This document shows, one piece after another, positions 1 through 10,322 of a DNA stretch of 64,000 bases. Numbering within the stretch: the stretch's first letter is position 1; every line of letters begins with the position of its first letter. The translations under genes and the position numbers were made by a program. This DNA comes from an uncultured Acidobacteriota bacterium (GTDB taxonomy: Bacteria > Acidobacteriota > UBA6911). Below the pieces are notes generated by a model, which searched no databases, was not told the DNA's origin, and worked only from the letters and a program-made list of their open reading frames with translations. The stretch covers positions 20,503 to 84,502 of the forward strand of contig CAYYTC010000006.1 in the NCBI GenBank assembly GCA_964474425.1. The letters run 5' to 3'.

Positions 1-254
1 AGCGTCTGCCAAAATCTCCAACGGAAGGCATGCGCAACACAAAGCCGTACCGGTTACATTTTTTAAAAATCTTCTTCTGGTACGATTCTCTTGTCCCAAT
101 AAAGTCATGGCGCCTCCCGTTTTCAATAGGGATTATAGGGTATTAAGGGTATCGAAAATCAGAATTTCTGGAAATCCCGTTCCCGGAGTGGATAAATTCA
201 TGACGGGCTTGCGCGATCCCGGCATATCGAATAAGATATAAACTCTTTATCCGA

Positions 255-330
255 GGCGCCGTACCCAAGTGGCTAAGGGGGAGGTCTGCAAAACCTTTAT
301 GCAACGGTTCGAGTCCGTTCGGCGCCTCCA
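255..330 (+). tRNA. tRNA-Cys (anticodon GCA)
   Basis: Cloverleaf readable by eye: acceptor stem GGCGCCG/CGGCGCC, anticodon stem GAGGT/ACCTT with loop CTGCAAA (U33, anticodon GCA, A37), T-arm AACGG-TTCGAGT-CCGTT, discriminator U73 (a Cys identity element), encoded CCA. Confidence 0.85.
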
Positions 331-513
331 TAGGTACTCCCGTCGGGGATGGATGAAACTCCTCAACTTTCAATGACGAAGGAATGCGAATCCGGCGCAT
401 ATCGATAAACCAAGCCTGATTGGCCTGATCCTTCAGACTTATATGCATTGAGGTTGTGTTCCCTTAGCTGCCGGGATCCCGGGTCCCGAAGAGTCCCCAA
501 AGGGAAAATGTGA

Positions 514-1599
514 ATGGTCTGGCTCTATTCCGGCTTTTTGGCGCTTGTCCTGGTGCTGTTGGCCCTTGACCTGGGAGTCTTTCACAGAAAGGCGCATGTC
601 ATTTCGGTCAGGGAAGCCCTGGGCTGGTCCGCCTTCTGGATTTGCCTCGGGCTCATGTTCAGCGGCTTTATCTACCTGGGCTACGAAAACCATTGGCTTG
701 GCCTTGGCTTGACCCCGGACATGATGGGCTCGGTCGCTGTGGACGTCCCGGGTGTTGGGACCGTCTATAACGATGGCTCCTCGGCCGTGATGAAGTATCT
801 CACGGGTTACCTGGTCGAGAAATCGCTCTCCGTCGACAACATCTTCGTCATCAGCATGATTTTCTCATTCCTTGCGGTGCCTCCGATATACCAGCACCGG
901 GTGCTGTTCTGGGGCATCCTCGGGGCGCTCCTGATGCGAGGCCTGATGATTGCCGTCGGCGCCGCGATGATCCAGCGTTTTTCGTGGATCATCTATGTTT
1001 TCGGGGCCTTCCTAATCCTTACGGGCATCAAAATGCTGCTGCTGAAAGACCAGCATACAGATCCCCATTCGAATATCGTCGTGCGCCTGACGCGCAGGCT
1101 TTTCCCCATAACGCAGCGTTTCCACGGGCAGCACTTTTTCGTCCGCGCGGGATCGGGAGCGTCTCTGGAAGCGCCGGCGCCGGGGATGGAAATACTCCGG
1201 GACGAAGTTGTGGATGCGGCAAGCCGCGGAGCCCTTCTGGCCACTCCGCTGTTTCTCGGTCTGGTGATGGTCGAATTCACGGACCTTATTTTTGCGGTAG
1301 ATTCTATCCCCGCGATTTTTGCGATCACGTCCGATCCTTTCCTGGTTTTCACCAGCAACGTGTTTGCGCTCCTCGGCCTCAGGAGCCTCTATTTTGCGCT
1401 GGCCGGAATGATCGGGAAATTCCGCTATCTGAAAGTCTCGCTGGCTCTTGTCCTCGTGCTCGTAGGAATCAAGATGATGGCCCACACGTGGCTGAAGGAG
1501 ATGCTGGGCGGCGGCTTCAATCTGTTTGTGCTGGCGGCAGTCGTGCTGATCCTTGCCGGAGGTGTTGTGGCTTCGCTCGTGGCGGCCAGGAGGAGATAA
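514..1599 (+). CDS. TerC/Alx-family integral membrane protein
   Basis: 361 aa, multiple TM helices, duplicated TerC signature (LSVDNIFVI... and ...FAVDSIPAIFAITSDPFLVFTSNVFALLGLRSLYF). Confidence 0.85.
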   Translation: MVWLYSGFLALVLVLLALDLGVFHRKAHVISVREALGWSAFWICLGLMFSGFIYLGYENHWLGLGLTPDMMGSVAVDVPGVGTVYNDGSSAVMKYLTGYLVEKSLSVDNIFVISMIFSFLAVPPIYQHRVLFWGILGALLMRGLMIAVGAAMIQRFSWIIYVFGAFLILTGIKMLLLKDQHTDPHSNIVVRLTRRLFPITQRFHGQHFFVRAGSGASLEAPAPGMEILRDEVVDAASRGALLATPLFLGLVMVEFTDLIFAVDSIPAIFAITSDPFLVFTSNVFALLGLRSLYFALAGMIGKFRYLKVSLALVLVLVGIKMMAHTWLKEMLGGGFNLFVLAAVVLILAGGVVASLVAARRR

Positions 1600-1654
1600 C
1601 GCCGACATACGCTGAAAAGGGCGCTGACGAGCGTCTGATCGCTGGCGTGGGTTT

Positions 1655-2272
1655 TCAGGGCACTATGTTCATGGCTGAAATAATCAGCCGGGCTGCCTTC
1701 TCCGGCTGGTTTTTCGAGTCGATCATGATGTCGTAGAGCAGCGGATTGAACCTGTCCTCTCCATAATGAAGGCGGACATAGTCCAGGCGGATGGCATCGA
1801 TTTTGCGGATCTGTGCTTCCACGTTTTTGCCCGGCGGAACGCGCGTTTGGATCCTGCGAACCCGGTCTTCCCAGCGCGCATAGATGAGGGCATGGTACAC
1901 GTCTTCTTTTCCCCGCAGGACGCACTGCGCGCCGCGTCCGACGATTACGCAATTTCCCATTTTGTATACTTCTTCAATAATCTGCCTGGCGAGTTTGGCC
2001 GCCTTCTGGGCGTCAAACAAATCCACCGGCGCAACGGGGGAAATCCCGTCGGCTCCCAGGCCCCAGATCGATCGCGTCAGGCGGTGCATCCACGGATCCA
2101 CCATTTCGTCGAAAGCCGCCACCTCACTGGCCGGGACCTGCTCCTTGCGGCTGATCTCGGCAATCAGCTCTCGGTCCATGAGCCTCCAGCCCAGTTCATG
2201 CGCAATGATTCCGGCAATTTCCGCGCCGCCGCTCCCGTACTCCCTGGATACCGTTAAAATTCTGTATCTCAT
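1655..2272 (-). CDS. cytidylate kinase-like family protein (P-loop NMP kinase-like)
   Basis: 205 aa; N-terminal Walker-A-like SREYGSGGAEIAGIIAHELGW followed by a CMK-like helical core. Motif-level assignment only. Confidence 0.6.
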   Translation of the reverse strand: MRYRILTVSREYGSGGAEIAGIIAHELGWRLMDRELIAEISRKEQVPASEVAAFDEMVDPWMHRLTRSIWGLGADGISPVAPVDLFDAQKAAKLARQIIEEVYKMGNCVIVGRGAQCVLRGKEDVYHALIYARWEDRVRRIQTRVPPGKNVEAQIRKIDAIRLDYVRLHYGEDRFNPLLYDIMIDSKNQPEKAARLIISAMNIVP

Positions 2273-2585
2273 TTTCCCCCTCGCCCAATCCGCTTTTTAG
2301 AGACGCGCAAAAGCCGTACGCCGGGCTATGACTGCGGCTTTTGCACATTCCATTCAGGCCGACATTGAAGAATTCACTCCATGCACATTTTACACGAAAC
2401 CGCCTGGTTTCACGCCGCAACGTGCCCCACCACCAATTATAGACAAGCCGCGGCCGGACCCGGAGAATATTTGCAGCGAGGAGCAGCAGGCGCCCGGAAA
2501 CAGCCGGCTGCATATATGAAGGGCGGGGAGGCAAGCTCAACGAGCATCCCTATTTTTGCGCAGCTGCGGCTCCCCGTCAGCCCTG

Positions 2586-3992
2586 TCACGCGCCTCCGCC
2601 CAGGACTTTATACAGCGCTACGAGACTGGCCAGCCTTGCCAGGCGGATGCTGACGAGCTGCTGTTGGGCAACATACAAAGAACGCTGGGCTACGAGGACG
2701 CTCAGGTAGCTGTCGATTCCTCCCTTGAAGCGCGCTTCGGAAAGACGATGGGTTTCCGCAAGCGCATTCACGAGAGATTGGAGAGCATTCTGCTGGGCCA
2801 CCAGAGTGCTTCGCAGGTTCAGTGCGTCGCTAACCTCGCGGAAGGCTGTTTGTATCGCTTTTTCGTAATCCGCGACCAGGATGTCGCGGTCCAGCCGGGC
2901 CGCCTCGTAATTGGCCTGCCGCGCCCCGTAGTCAAAAATCGGCAGGGTCACACTGGGTGCGAAGTTCCAGGTTCCCGCCGCAGGCTTAAAAAGGTTTCCA
3001 AGGTCGCCGCTGGTGATGCCGGCAGCTGCGGTCAATGCAATGCGGGGGAAGAACGCCGCACGCGCGGCCCCGATATTGGCCTCCGCGGCTTTTAGCTGAT
3101 GCTCCGCCGTGAGAATATCGGGCCGGCGCAGCAGCACTTCGGATGACATTCCGGCTGAAATGTCCCTCATGGCCGTGATGCCGTCCAGGCTGTCCGGCAG
3201 CACATCCTTCGCAACCGGCGCGCCGACCAGAAGGTCCAAAGCGTTTTCGTCGAGCGCTGTCTGGCCGGTGTATTTCGCGATATCCACCTTGGCGGCCTCC
3301 ACCTGGCTTCGAGACTGACTCACTTCAAGGTCGGAGGTCATCCCGTGATCTCTGGTTTGTACGATCAGCTCGTAAGTAGCCTGCTGGGTATTGAAGGTCG
3401 CCAGTGCAAGGCGAAAGTTCTCCCGGTCGGCTGCAAGATTCAGATAAGCGGCGGCCACGGCGGCCACCAGCGATATCTGAGTGGCGGAACGGGCCTGCTC
3501 CGTTGCCAGGTATTGCTCCAGCGCGCGGCTTTTCAGGTTCCGGATGCGCCCGAAGAAGTCCAGTTCCCAGGAGACTGTGCCCAGCCCAACCGTGAACTGC
3601 GCAACCGTTTCCGGATGGCCGGAACCGGACAGATTTTCGGGTATCCGATAGGCGTCGGCGCCGGCTGAAGCGGTGATGGCCGGATAGAGCTCAGCGCTCT
3701 GAATGCGATACAAAGCCCGGACTTTCTCGATATTCAGAGTGGCCATCCGGAGATCGCGGTTGTTGGCCAGCGCCATTTCGATGACAGCCTGGATCTGCCG
3801 GTCGGTAAAGAATTCATGCCATCTTACATCGAGAGTTTCGGGAGCGCCGCCAGCGACCGGATCGCTGGCGGCGCTTTCCGGCCACGTGGCAGGAACCGGC
3901 AGGTTGGGCTGATGATACTGCGTCGATTTTGGACAGCCGCAAAGGAAAATGGACATGCCGAAAAGCATCAGCAAAACAAATTTACGCTTCAT
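2586..3992 (-). CDS. RND efflux outer-membrane factor lipoprotein (TolC/OprM family)
   Basis: Lipoprotein signal (LLMLFGMSIFLCGC), two long OEP/TolC-like coiled-coil repeats. Last gene of the MFP-RND-OMF operon. The supplied ORF start at 4022 is an upstream extension; the likely start is MKRKFV, overlapping the RND pump stop. Confidence 0.8.
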   Translation of the reverse strand: MKRKFVLLMLFGMSIFLCGCPKSTQYHQPNLPVPATWPESAASDPVAGGAPETLDVRWHEFFTDRQIQAVIEMALANNRDLRMATLNIEKVRALYRIQSAELYPAITASAGADAYRIPENLSGSGHPETVAQFTVGLGTVSWELDFFGRIRNLKSRALEQYLATEQARSATQISLVAAVAAAYLNLAADRENFRLALATFNTQQATYELIVQTRDHGMTSDLEVSQSRSQVEAAKVDIAKYTGQTALDENALDLLVGAPVAKDVLPDSLDGITAMRDISAGMSSEVLLRRPDILTAEHQLKAAEANIGAARAAFFPRIALTAAAGITSGDLGNLFKPAAGTWNFAPSVTLPIFDYGARQANYEAARLDRDILVADYEKAIQTAFREVSDALNLRSTLVAQQNALQSLVNALAETHRLSEARFKGGIDSYLSVLVAQRSLYVAQQQLVSIRLARLASLVALYKVLGGGA

Positions 3993-6900
3993 GGTGCGCC
4001 CCTCCCTGCAGAGTCCCTGCATCCGGGCCGGGAACCCCGGGCCGCCTTCTGATCTTGTTGCCGAACAGCCTGCTGACGGTTACGAAAAACAGGGGAATAA
4101 AGAAAATGGCCAGGAACGTGGCTGTGATCATTCCGCCCAGCACGCTGGTGCCTATGGCTTTCTGTGCGCCGGCTCCTGCGCCCGTTGCAATCGCCAGCGG
4201 CAAAACGCCGAAACCAAAAGCCAGGGAAGTCATCACTATGGGCCGAAGTCTCAACTTCGCGCCTTCCAGCGTTGCTTCGATCAGGCCCATCCCCTGTTCG
4301 ACGCGGATCTTGGCGAACTGAACGATCAGAATGGCATTCTTGGTTGTCAATCCCAGGACGGTCAGGAGCCCGATCTGAAAGTAGACATCATTGGGCAGAT
4401 TGCGCCAGGTGGTGGCCATGACGCCGCCCACAACTCCGAGCGGCAAAGCAAGCAGAATCGAGATGGGGATCGTCCAACTCTCGTACAAGGCAGCCAGGAC
4501 CAGAAAAATGGCGAGGACGGAAAAAGCATACAGGATGCCCGTCTGCCGTGAGGCCATCCGCTCCTGATAGGAGAGGCCGGTCCATTCATGTCCGATGCCC
4601 TTGGGCAGCTTCGCCGTAAGCTCCTCCATGGCCTTCATCGCCTCGCCGGAACTTTCCCCGGGGGCGGGTTCGCCTTGGAAATTCAATGCCGGGAAGCCGT
4701 TGAAGCGCTCGAGTTGAGGGGAGTCGTAGAACCAGTGTCCCGATACAAGGGCGTTGATGGGGACCATTTTACCTGCGTTATTCCGCACATAAAAATTCGC
4801 CAGGTCTCCGGGCAGCATGCGGTAGGGAGCATCCGCCTGGACATAGACACGCTTGACACGGCCGCCCTGGATGAAATCATTTACATAGGCGCTGCCAAAG
4901 GCTGCCGAGATTGTATTCTGAACGGCGCTGACCGGCACGCCGAGGGCGCCGGACTTGTCCCAGTCTATATCGATTTTGTACTGAGGCACGTCGTCCATCC
5001 CGTTGGGCCGTACTCTCGACAACCGCGGATCGCCGGCCGCCGCCATCAGCAGCTGAAGCCGCGCCTCCATTAGCCTTTGGTGGCCGAGTCCGCCGCGGTC
5101 CTGCAACATATAGTCGAATCCCTTCGCCATTCCGAGCTCCGTAACCGCCGGAGGCATAATTACATAAATCCGGGCGTTTCGAATCCTGGCAAAGGCCAGA
5201 TTCGCTCTTCTGACAACAGCATCTGCTCTCAAGTCGGTGGAATCGCGCAAATCCCAGTCTCGGAGTTTTATATAAACCATTCCCTGGTCCTGACCTGAGC
5301 CTGCCGAGCTGAAACCGCCGATAACCAGGCATGCCTCCACGGCTTGCTTTTCATCCTCCATAAAATGGCGGCGAATTTTGGTCAGAACCTCAACGGTCTG
5401 TTCCTGCGTGGCGCCGGGGGGTGTTTGCACAAGCGTCATAAGCACGCCCTGGTCCTCATCCGGCAGGTATGCCGTGGGCATTTTCATGAAAAAGATGCCC
5501 ATCAGCACCACGATCATGATGAACAGGGCGAAATAGGGAATTTTATATCCGAGTATATGTCCTACGGCGGAGCGGTACGCGTCCCTCAGACCATAAAACA
5601 TACGGTCGAACCAAAGGAAAAAGGGCCTGAGAAGACGGGAGCCGGCCTCTGCGGCCTCGTGCCCCTTGGCCACAGGTTTAAGAAGATTGGCGCAAAGTAC
5701 AGGCGTCAGAATCAAAGCGACCAGAACCGACAAAAGCATCGAGGAGATGAGGGTTATGGAGAATTGACGGTATATGATGCCGGTGGACCCTCCGAAAAAC
5801 ATCATGGGAACAAAGACTGCGGAAAGCACCAGGCCAATGCCCACAAGGGCGCTGGTGATCTCGTCCATGGACTTCCGGGTGGCCTCAAGCGGAGAGAGAC
5901 CCTCCTCCGTCATAATCCGCTCCACATTTTCCACGACCACGATCGCGTCATCTACCAGGAGGCCGATGGCCACAATCATGGCAAACATCGTCAGCATATT
6001 GATGGAGTAGCCGAAGGCTGCCAGCACACCAAATGTACCCAGAATGACCACAGGCACGGCGATGGTCGGGATGAGTGTGGCGCGCATGTTCCCGAGAAAA
6101 AGGTACATGACCAGGAACACCAGGATTATGGCCTCAATCAGCGTTCTCACGACTTCGGCAATGGCCGCCCTAACGAACGGGGTCGTGTCGTATGGGTAAA
6201 CGACCTTCATCCCGGCCGGGAAGTAGCGGGACATTTCCTCCATCGCTGCTTTAACCGCGTCGGCCGTTTCCAGGGCATTGGCCCCGGCCATTTGACGCAC
6301 AGCGAGAGCGGCGGCCGGGTACCCGTGGTTATAGGCGAGCCTGAAGATTGTAAACTCGGTTCCCAGCTCGGGACGGGCCACGTCCTTCACCCGGACCACG
6401 GAGCCGTCCGGATTATTGCGCAGCGGGATGGAGCCGAACTCCTCCGGAGTCTTCAAAAGATTCTGCACGGTAATGGTTACGTTAAGCTTCTGGCCCGGAA
6501 CCGCCGGCGTCCCGCCGAACTGGCCGGCGGATACCTGAACATTGTGCGCCCGGATCGCCGCGATGACATCGCCGGGCGTCATATTGAAATTTGTCATCTT
6601 GGCGGGATCCAGCCATACTCGCATGGCGTACTGAGAAGCCAGGGATTCCACTTCTCCCACACCGGGTACCCGCGCAAGCGATGTCTGGACCTGCGAGATG
6701 GCGTAGTCCATCAGATCGGCCTGATCCAGGCTGCCGTCTTCGCAAGTAAGCGTGACGATGAGGAGAAAATTGCGCGTGGACTTGCTGACCGAGAGGCCCT
6801 GGCGCTGCACTGTCTCGGGCAGCGTCGGCATGGCGAGCTGAAGCTTGTTTTGCACTTTCGCCCAGGCCAGATCCGGGTCGGTGCCGGGCGCAAAAGTGAG

Positions 6901-7173
6901 TTCGATGCTCCCCTGTCCTGAGGATGCGCTCTTGGATTGCATATAAAGCATCTGGTCCAGACCCGTCATTTTCTGCTCGATGATCTGGACGACTGTGTCT
7001 TCGACGGTCTTTGCCGAAGCGCCGGGGTACACGCCTCGAATACTGATCGACGGCGGTGCGATAGGAGGGTACTGAGCAACCGGCAGGTTGAAGATGGCCA
7101 ATACTCCAGCCAGCATCATGCCGATGGCGACAACCCATGCGAAAACAGGACGATTCAGGAAAAATCTGGCCAT
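3982..7173 (-). CDS. RND multidrug efflux permease, AcrB/MexB (HAE1) family
   Basis: 1063 aa, canonical N-terminus MARFFLNRPVFAWVVAIGMMLAGVLAIFNLPVAQYPPIAPP, 12-TM architecture with two large periplasmic loops. Confidence 0.95.
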   Translation of the reverse strand: MARFFLNRPVFAWVVAIGMMLAGVLAIFNLPVAQYPPIAPPSISIRGVYPGASAKTVEDTVVQIIEQKMTGLDQMLYMQSKSASSGQGSIELTFAPGTDPDLAWAKVQNKLQLAMPTLPETVQRQGLSVSKSTRNFLLIVTLTCEDGSLDQADLMDYAISQVQTSLARVPGVGEVESLASQYAMRVWLDPAKMTNFNMTPGDVIAAIRAHNVQVSAGQFGGTPAVPGQKLNVTITVQNLLKTPEEFGSIPLRNNPDGSVVRVKDVARPELGTEFTIFRLAYNHGYPAAALAVRQMAGANALETADAVKAAMEEMSRYFPAGMKVVYPYDTTPFVRAAIAEVVRTLIEAIILVFLVMYLFLGNMRATLIPTIAVPVVILGTFGVLAAFGYSINMLTMFAMIVAIGLLVDDAIVVVENVERIMTEEGLSPLEATRKSMDEITSALVGIGLVLSAVFVPMMFFGGSTGIIYRQFSITLISSMLLSVLVALILTPVLCANLLKPVAKGHEAAEAGSRLLRPFFLWFDRMFYGLRDAYRSAVGHILGYKIPYFALFIMIVVLMGIFFMKMPTAYLPDEDQGVLMTLVQTPPGATQEQTVEVLTKIRRHFMEDEKQAVEACLVIGGFSSAGSGQDQGMVYIKLRDWDLRDSTDLRADAVVRRANLAFARIRNARIYVIMPPAVTELGMAKGFDYMLQDRGGLGHQRLMEARLQLLMAAAGDPRLSRVRPNGMDDVPQYKIDIDWDKSGALGVPVSAVQNTISAAFGSAYVNDFIQGGRVKRVYVQADAPYRMLPGDLANFYVRNNAGKMVPINALVSGHWFYDSPQLERFNGFPALNFQGEPAPGESSGEAMKAMEELTAKLPKGIGHEWTGLSYQERMASRQTGILYAFSVLAIFLVLAALYESWTIPISILLALPLGVVGGVMATTWRNLPNDVYFQIGLLTVLGLTTKNAILIVQFAKIRVEQGMGLIEATLEGAKLRLRPIVMTSLAFGFGVLPLAIATGAGAGAQKAIGTSVLGGMITATFLAIFFIPLFFVTVSRLFGNKIRRRPGVPGPDAGTLQGGAHHEA

Positions 7174-7185
7174 CGATCGTCCCTC

Positions 7186-8409
7186 CTACCTTGATTCCAT
7201 TGAAGGCTGAGCGTTTGCCTCGGGCTCTTCATAGGGAACGGCCCTGACCGTGTTGCCGGCGCGCACGTTCTGGACTCCTTCAACGATCACGCTGTCGCCG
7301 GGGGTCAATCCACTCGTGACGATCCACCGATCTTCAATAGCGCGGTCCAGCGTCAGCATGCGCTGTTCCACTTTGTTGTCCTTGCCGACCAGGAGCGCGA
7401 TCGCATTCCCTTTCGTATCGCGAGTCACCGCCTGCTGGGAGACGAGCAGCGCCTGCTCGTTGACTCCTTCTTCCACGACCGCCCGGACGAACATGCCCGG
7501 GAGGAGAATCTGCCTGGGATTGGAGAACACGAGCCTCAATGTGACCGAACCCGTGGTCGGGTCCACGGTGACATCGCGGAATTGCAGGGTGCCTGCCGCC
7601 GGGTATTGGGTCCCGTCTTCCAGCAGCAGCCGGACCTTGCGCTGACTTGCTCCGGATCGTTTAAGCTCTCCCCCCTCGAGGCTTCGCCTCAAGCGCAACA
7701 ACTCCGCGCTGGCCTGAGTTACGTCCACATAGATGGGATCCAGTTGTTGAATCACGGCCAGCGGCGAAGGCTGATAAGCCGTTACCATCGCTCCCACGGT
7801 AATATTGGATTTGCCGATGCGTCCGGAAATTGGAGCTTTGATGGGTGTGTAGGAAAGGTTTATTGCGGCGCTTTCCATGGCGGCGCGGTTTACGTCGACA
7901 GCCGTCTTGCGTACGGCCAGATTGGCCTCGGCCTGCCGCAGAGCGGCGTCTGCGTCATCGGAATCCTGCTGCCCGACCGCGCGGATGTTTACCAGCCCTT
8001 TGAGACGTTCGGCGCGGGACCGGATGGCAGGCAGATTGGCCTCGGCCAGGGCGATTTGAGATTCGGCCATGGCAAGCGCGGCCTTGGCCTCGTTGTATGC
8101 CGCCTGGTACTGCGAGGGATCGATCTGATAAAGAATATCGCCTGCCTTTACATAGCTGCCTTCCTCGAAAAGGCGCTTCTGGAGAAGCCCGCTCACCTGC
8201 GGGCGGATCTCCGCGACAAGGAAGGCATTGATCCTGCCCGGCAATTCGGTTGTCAAAACGACCCGTTCCGACTTGACGGTCACGACTGCGACCTCCGCCG
8301 GACCTGCCGCGGGTGGAGCTTGCTTGGGCTTGCAGCCCGATAATAATAGTCCGGCAAGAACGCACGTTGCGGCGCCGACATATCTGGACCCATTTTTGAA
8401 CGGCATGTG
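7186..8409 (-). CDS. RND efflux periplasmic adaptor (membrane fusion protein, AcrA/MexA family) lipoprotein
   Basis: Lipobox LAGLLLSGCK, coiled-coil hairpin plus biotinyl/lipoyl-like and beta-barrel segments. Probable start MPFKNG, downstream of the ORF-track start. Confidence 0.8.
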   Translation of the reverse strand, partial: HMPFKNGSRYVGAATCVLAGLLLSGCKPKQAPPAAGPAEVAVVTVKSERVVLTTELPGRINAFLVAEIRPQVSGLLQKRLFEEGSYVKAGDILYQIDPSQYQAAYNEAKAALAMAESQIALAEANLPAIRSRAERLKGLVNIRAVGQQDSDDADAALRQAEANLAVRKTAVDVNRAAMESAAINLSYTPIKAPISGRIGKSNITVGAMVTAYQPSPLAVIQQLDPIYVDVTQASAELLRLRRSLEGGELKRSGASQRKVRLLLEDGTQYPAAGTLQFRDVTVDPTTGSVTLRLVFSNPRQILLPGMFVRAVVEEGVNEQALLVSQQAVTRDTKGNAIALLVGKDNKVEQRMLTLDRAIEDRWIVTSGLTPGDSVIVEGVQNVRAGNTVRAVPYEEPEANAQPSMESR

Positions 8410-9166
8410 AAAGCTCCTCAAGGCTACTACCGGCCGATAGCCCGGAACAGTATGAGATCCGGCTCTCGGACACAGCACATTCGAATTAGTTTCTGCTCCG
8501 AAAATAGCGGCCGCGATGGATCAATTACACCATTCGTTCACCCAACTGAGCGTCGGCGAAGCCGATTTTCATGCACTTGGGTGCGCCCCGGGCGCATGGA
8601 GGACTGTCGCGAAACTGGTTTGCGCTGCGCAGCGGCACCATGATTTTAGCCCGGCCTTTCATGGCAGGGAGCCGTGGTATTGGGAACAGCGCGTCGCGTA
8701 GGTCCTGAGATTCAGCGGTCCCTGCGCGACGGGAAACCGAATCCGTTTAGATCCATGCCTTAAAAGGCCTGGCTCAACTCAGCTGGCCGCGACGCGGCCC
8801 GGCTCTCATTTGCGGCTTTTATATAATATCAAATATCCTATCACCTGCTATAAAATCCGGTCTCTTCGCAAAACCCGAGTTTCGCGACAGAAGCGAATTA
8901 GCAATTTTTAATACTAAACCGCCGCGGTTCAGGAGGCAAGCACTGCCGGTCGCTGTTCGCTGTGCCTTGTTGCCGGTAGCCGGAAAAGGAACAAGACGCA
9001 GTTGCAGCAAGATTTATGCCATTCGGGCCGGGGACCCGGCATCGCGATAAATTCCGGAGGGTGCTGGTTTCCAAAAACCCTGCAGCCCTGTCCATGAAAT
9101 TCGGGGGATCCGCCGCACGCTTTTTGAATTACAATCAGGTTATTCCGGTGATGCATCGTTGAAGGG

Positions 9167-10306
9167 TTGGCGGACTCAATGGAGGCGGGTATGGCGCGCA
9201 GGAGTCGAAAGAGCAGGATACGAAGGGTGCATGCATCGATATTTTCCCGGCGCTCTCTCCCCGGCAGCGCACCCGGGACCCTGATCGTGGATCCGCATGC
9301 TCCGAAACCGGCCATACGCCTCGTATCCTTCAGCCCCGACAAGGTGATTGAAAAGCAGATCGATGATGTGCAGGATGCACGGTCCTTCGTAGGCATTGGG
9401 CCGGTTACTTGGATCAACGTGGCGGGACTCGGAGACCTGTCGGTAATCACAAAACTGGGCGAAATCTTCAACCTTCACCGGCTGGCCCTGGAAGATGTCC
9501 TCAACGTGCACCAGCGTCCCAAGGTGGAGCAGTACAAGGACTATATCTACATCGTGGTCCGGCTGGTGAAAGACGCGGAGAAATACGATTCCGAGCAGAT
9601 CAGCATTTTTCTCGGAAGAAACTTCGTGTTGAGTTTTCAGGAGCAGGCCGGCAAATATTTCGATCCCGTAATCGATCGTATCCGCGCCGGGACCGGCCGC
9701 ATGCGCACCGCCGGCACCGATCATCTGACCTATGCCCTGATCGATGCGGTCATCGACTGTCATTTCCCGATTCTGGAGCGTTTTGGAGAAACGGTGCAGT
9801 CTCTGGAGGACTCCATTGTCGCACAGCCCGACAGCCAGCTTATCGGACAGATACACGAACTGCGGCAGGGGCTGCTGACCCTGCGCCGCGTTGCCTGGCC
9901 CATGCGGGAAGCCATGGGGGTTCTATATCGCGATCCAATCCCGCTCATCGACGAGGAGGAGCGCTTCTACTTGCGGGACTGCTATGACCACATGGTGCAG
10001 ATCATAGATTTGATCGAGAATTACCGGGATGTAACCTCGGGACTGATGGAGGTGTACCTTTCAAGCATCGGCAACCGCACCAACGAAATCATGAAGGTTT
10101 TAACCATCATTTCGGCGGTGTTCATCCCTCTCACGCTCATCGCCGGAATCTACGGGATGAACTTCAACACCAAAGTCTCGCCCTGGAACATGCCGGAGCT
10201 GGAATGGATCTGGGGATATCCGTTTGCTTTGGGCCTGATGGCGCTGGTCGGGCTCATCCTCCTGCTGCTCTTCCGGTGGAAGGGCTGGCTCGGCAAGGCG
10301 AAATAG
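9167..10306 (+). CDS. corA: CorA-family Mg2+/Co2+ transporter
   Basis: 379 aa, cytoplasmic N-domain, two C-terminal TM helices with the YGMNF signature (IYGMNFNTKVSPW). An alternative start at about 9191 is possible. Confidence 0.85.
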   Translation: MADSMEAGMARRSRKSRIRRVHASIFSRRSLPGSAPGTLIVDPHAPKPAIRLVSFSPDKVIEKQIDDVQDARSFVGIGPVTWINVAGLGDLSVITKLGEIFNLHRLALEDVLNVHQRPKVEQYKDYIYIVVRLVKDAEKYDSEQISIFLGRNFVLSFQEQAGKYFDPVIDRIRAGTGRMRTAGTDHLTYALIDAVIDCHFPILERFGETVQSLEDSIVAQPDSQLIGQIHELRQGLLTLRRVAWPMREAMGVLYRDPIPLIDEEERFYLRDCYDHMVQIIDLIENYRDVTSGLMEVYLSSIGNRTNEIMKVLTIISAVFIPLTLIAGIYGMNFNTKVSPWNMPELEWIWGYPFALGLMALVGLILLLLFRWKGWLGKAK

Positions 10307-10322
10307 TTGAAACCGGGAATGC

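Noticed and set aside
143-448. 101-aa minus-strand ORF
   Set aside because: Overlaps the clearly folded tRNA-Cys. No protein features.
5344-6921. 525-aa ORF on the plus strand, antisense to the AcrB-family pump gene. Many similar 60-300 aa antisense/overlapping ORFs occur throughout (e.g. 984..1736, 1012..1608, 7582..8343, 13820..15145, 15842..16711, 21903..22763, 28099..29736, 55053..56135, 59615..61204).
   Set aside because: High-GC genomes generate long stop-free antisense frames. These translate to Arg/Gly/Pro/His-rich low-complexity sequence with no recognisable domains. The opposite strands carry unambiguous conserved genes.
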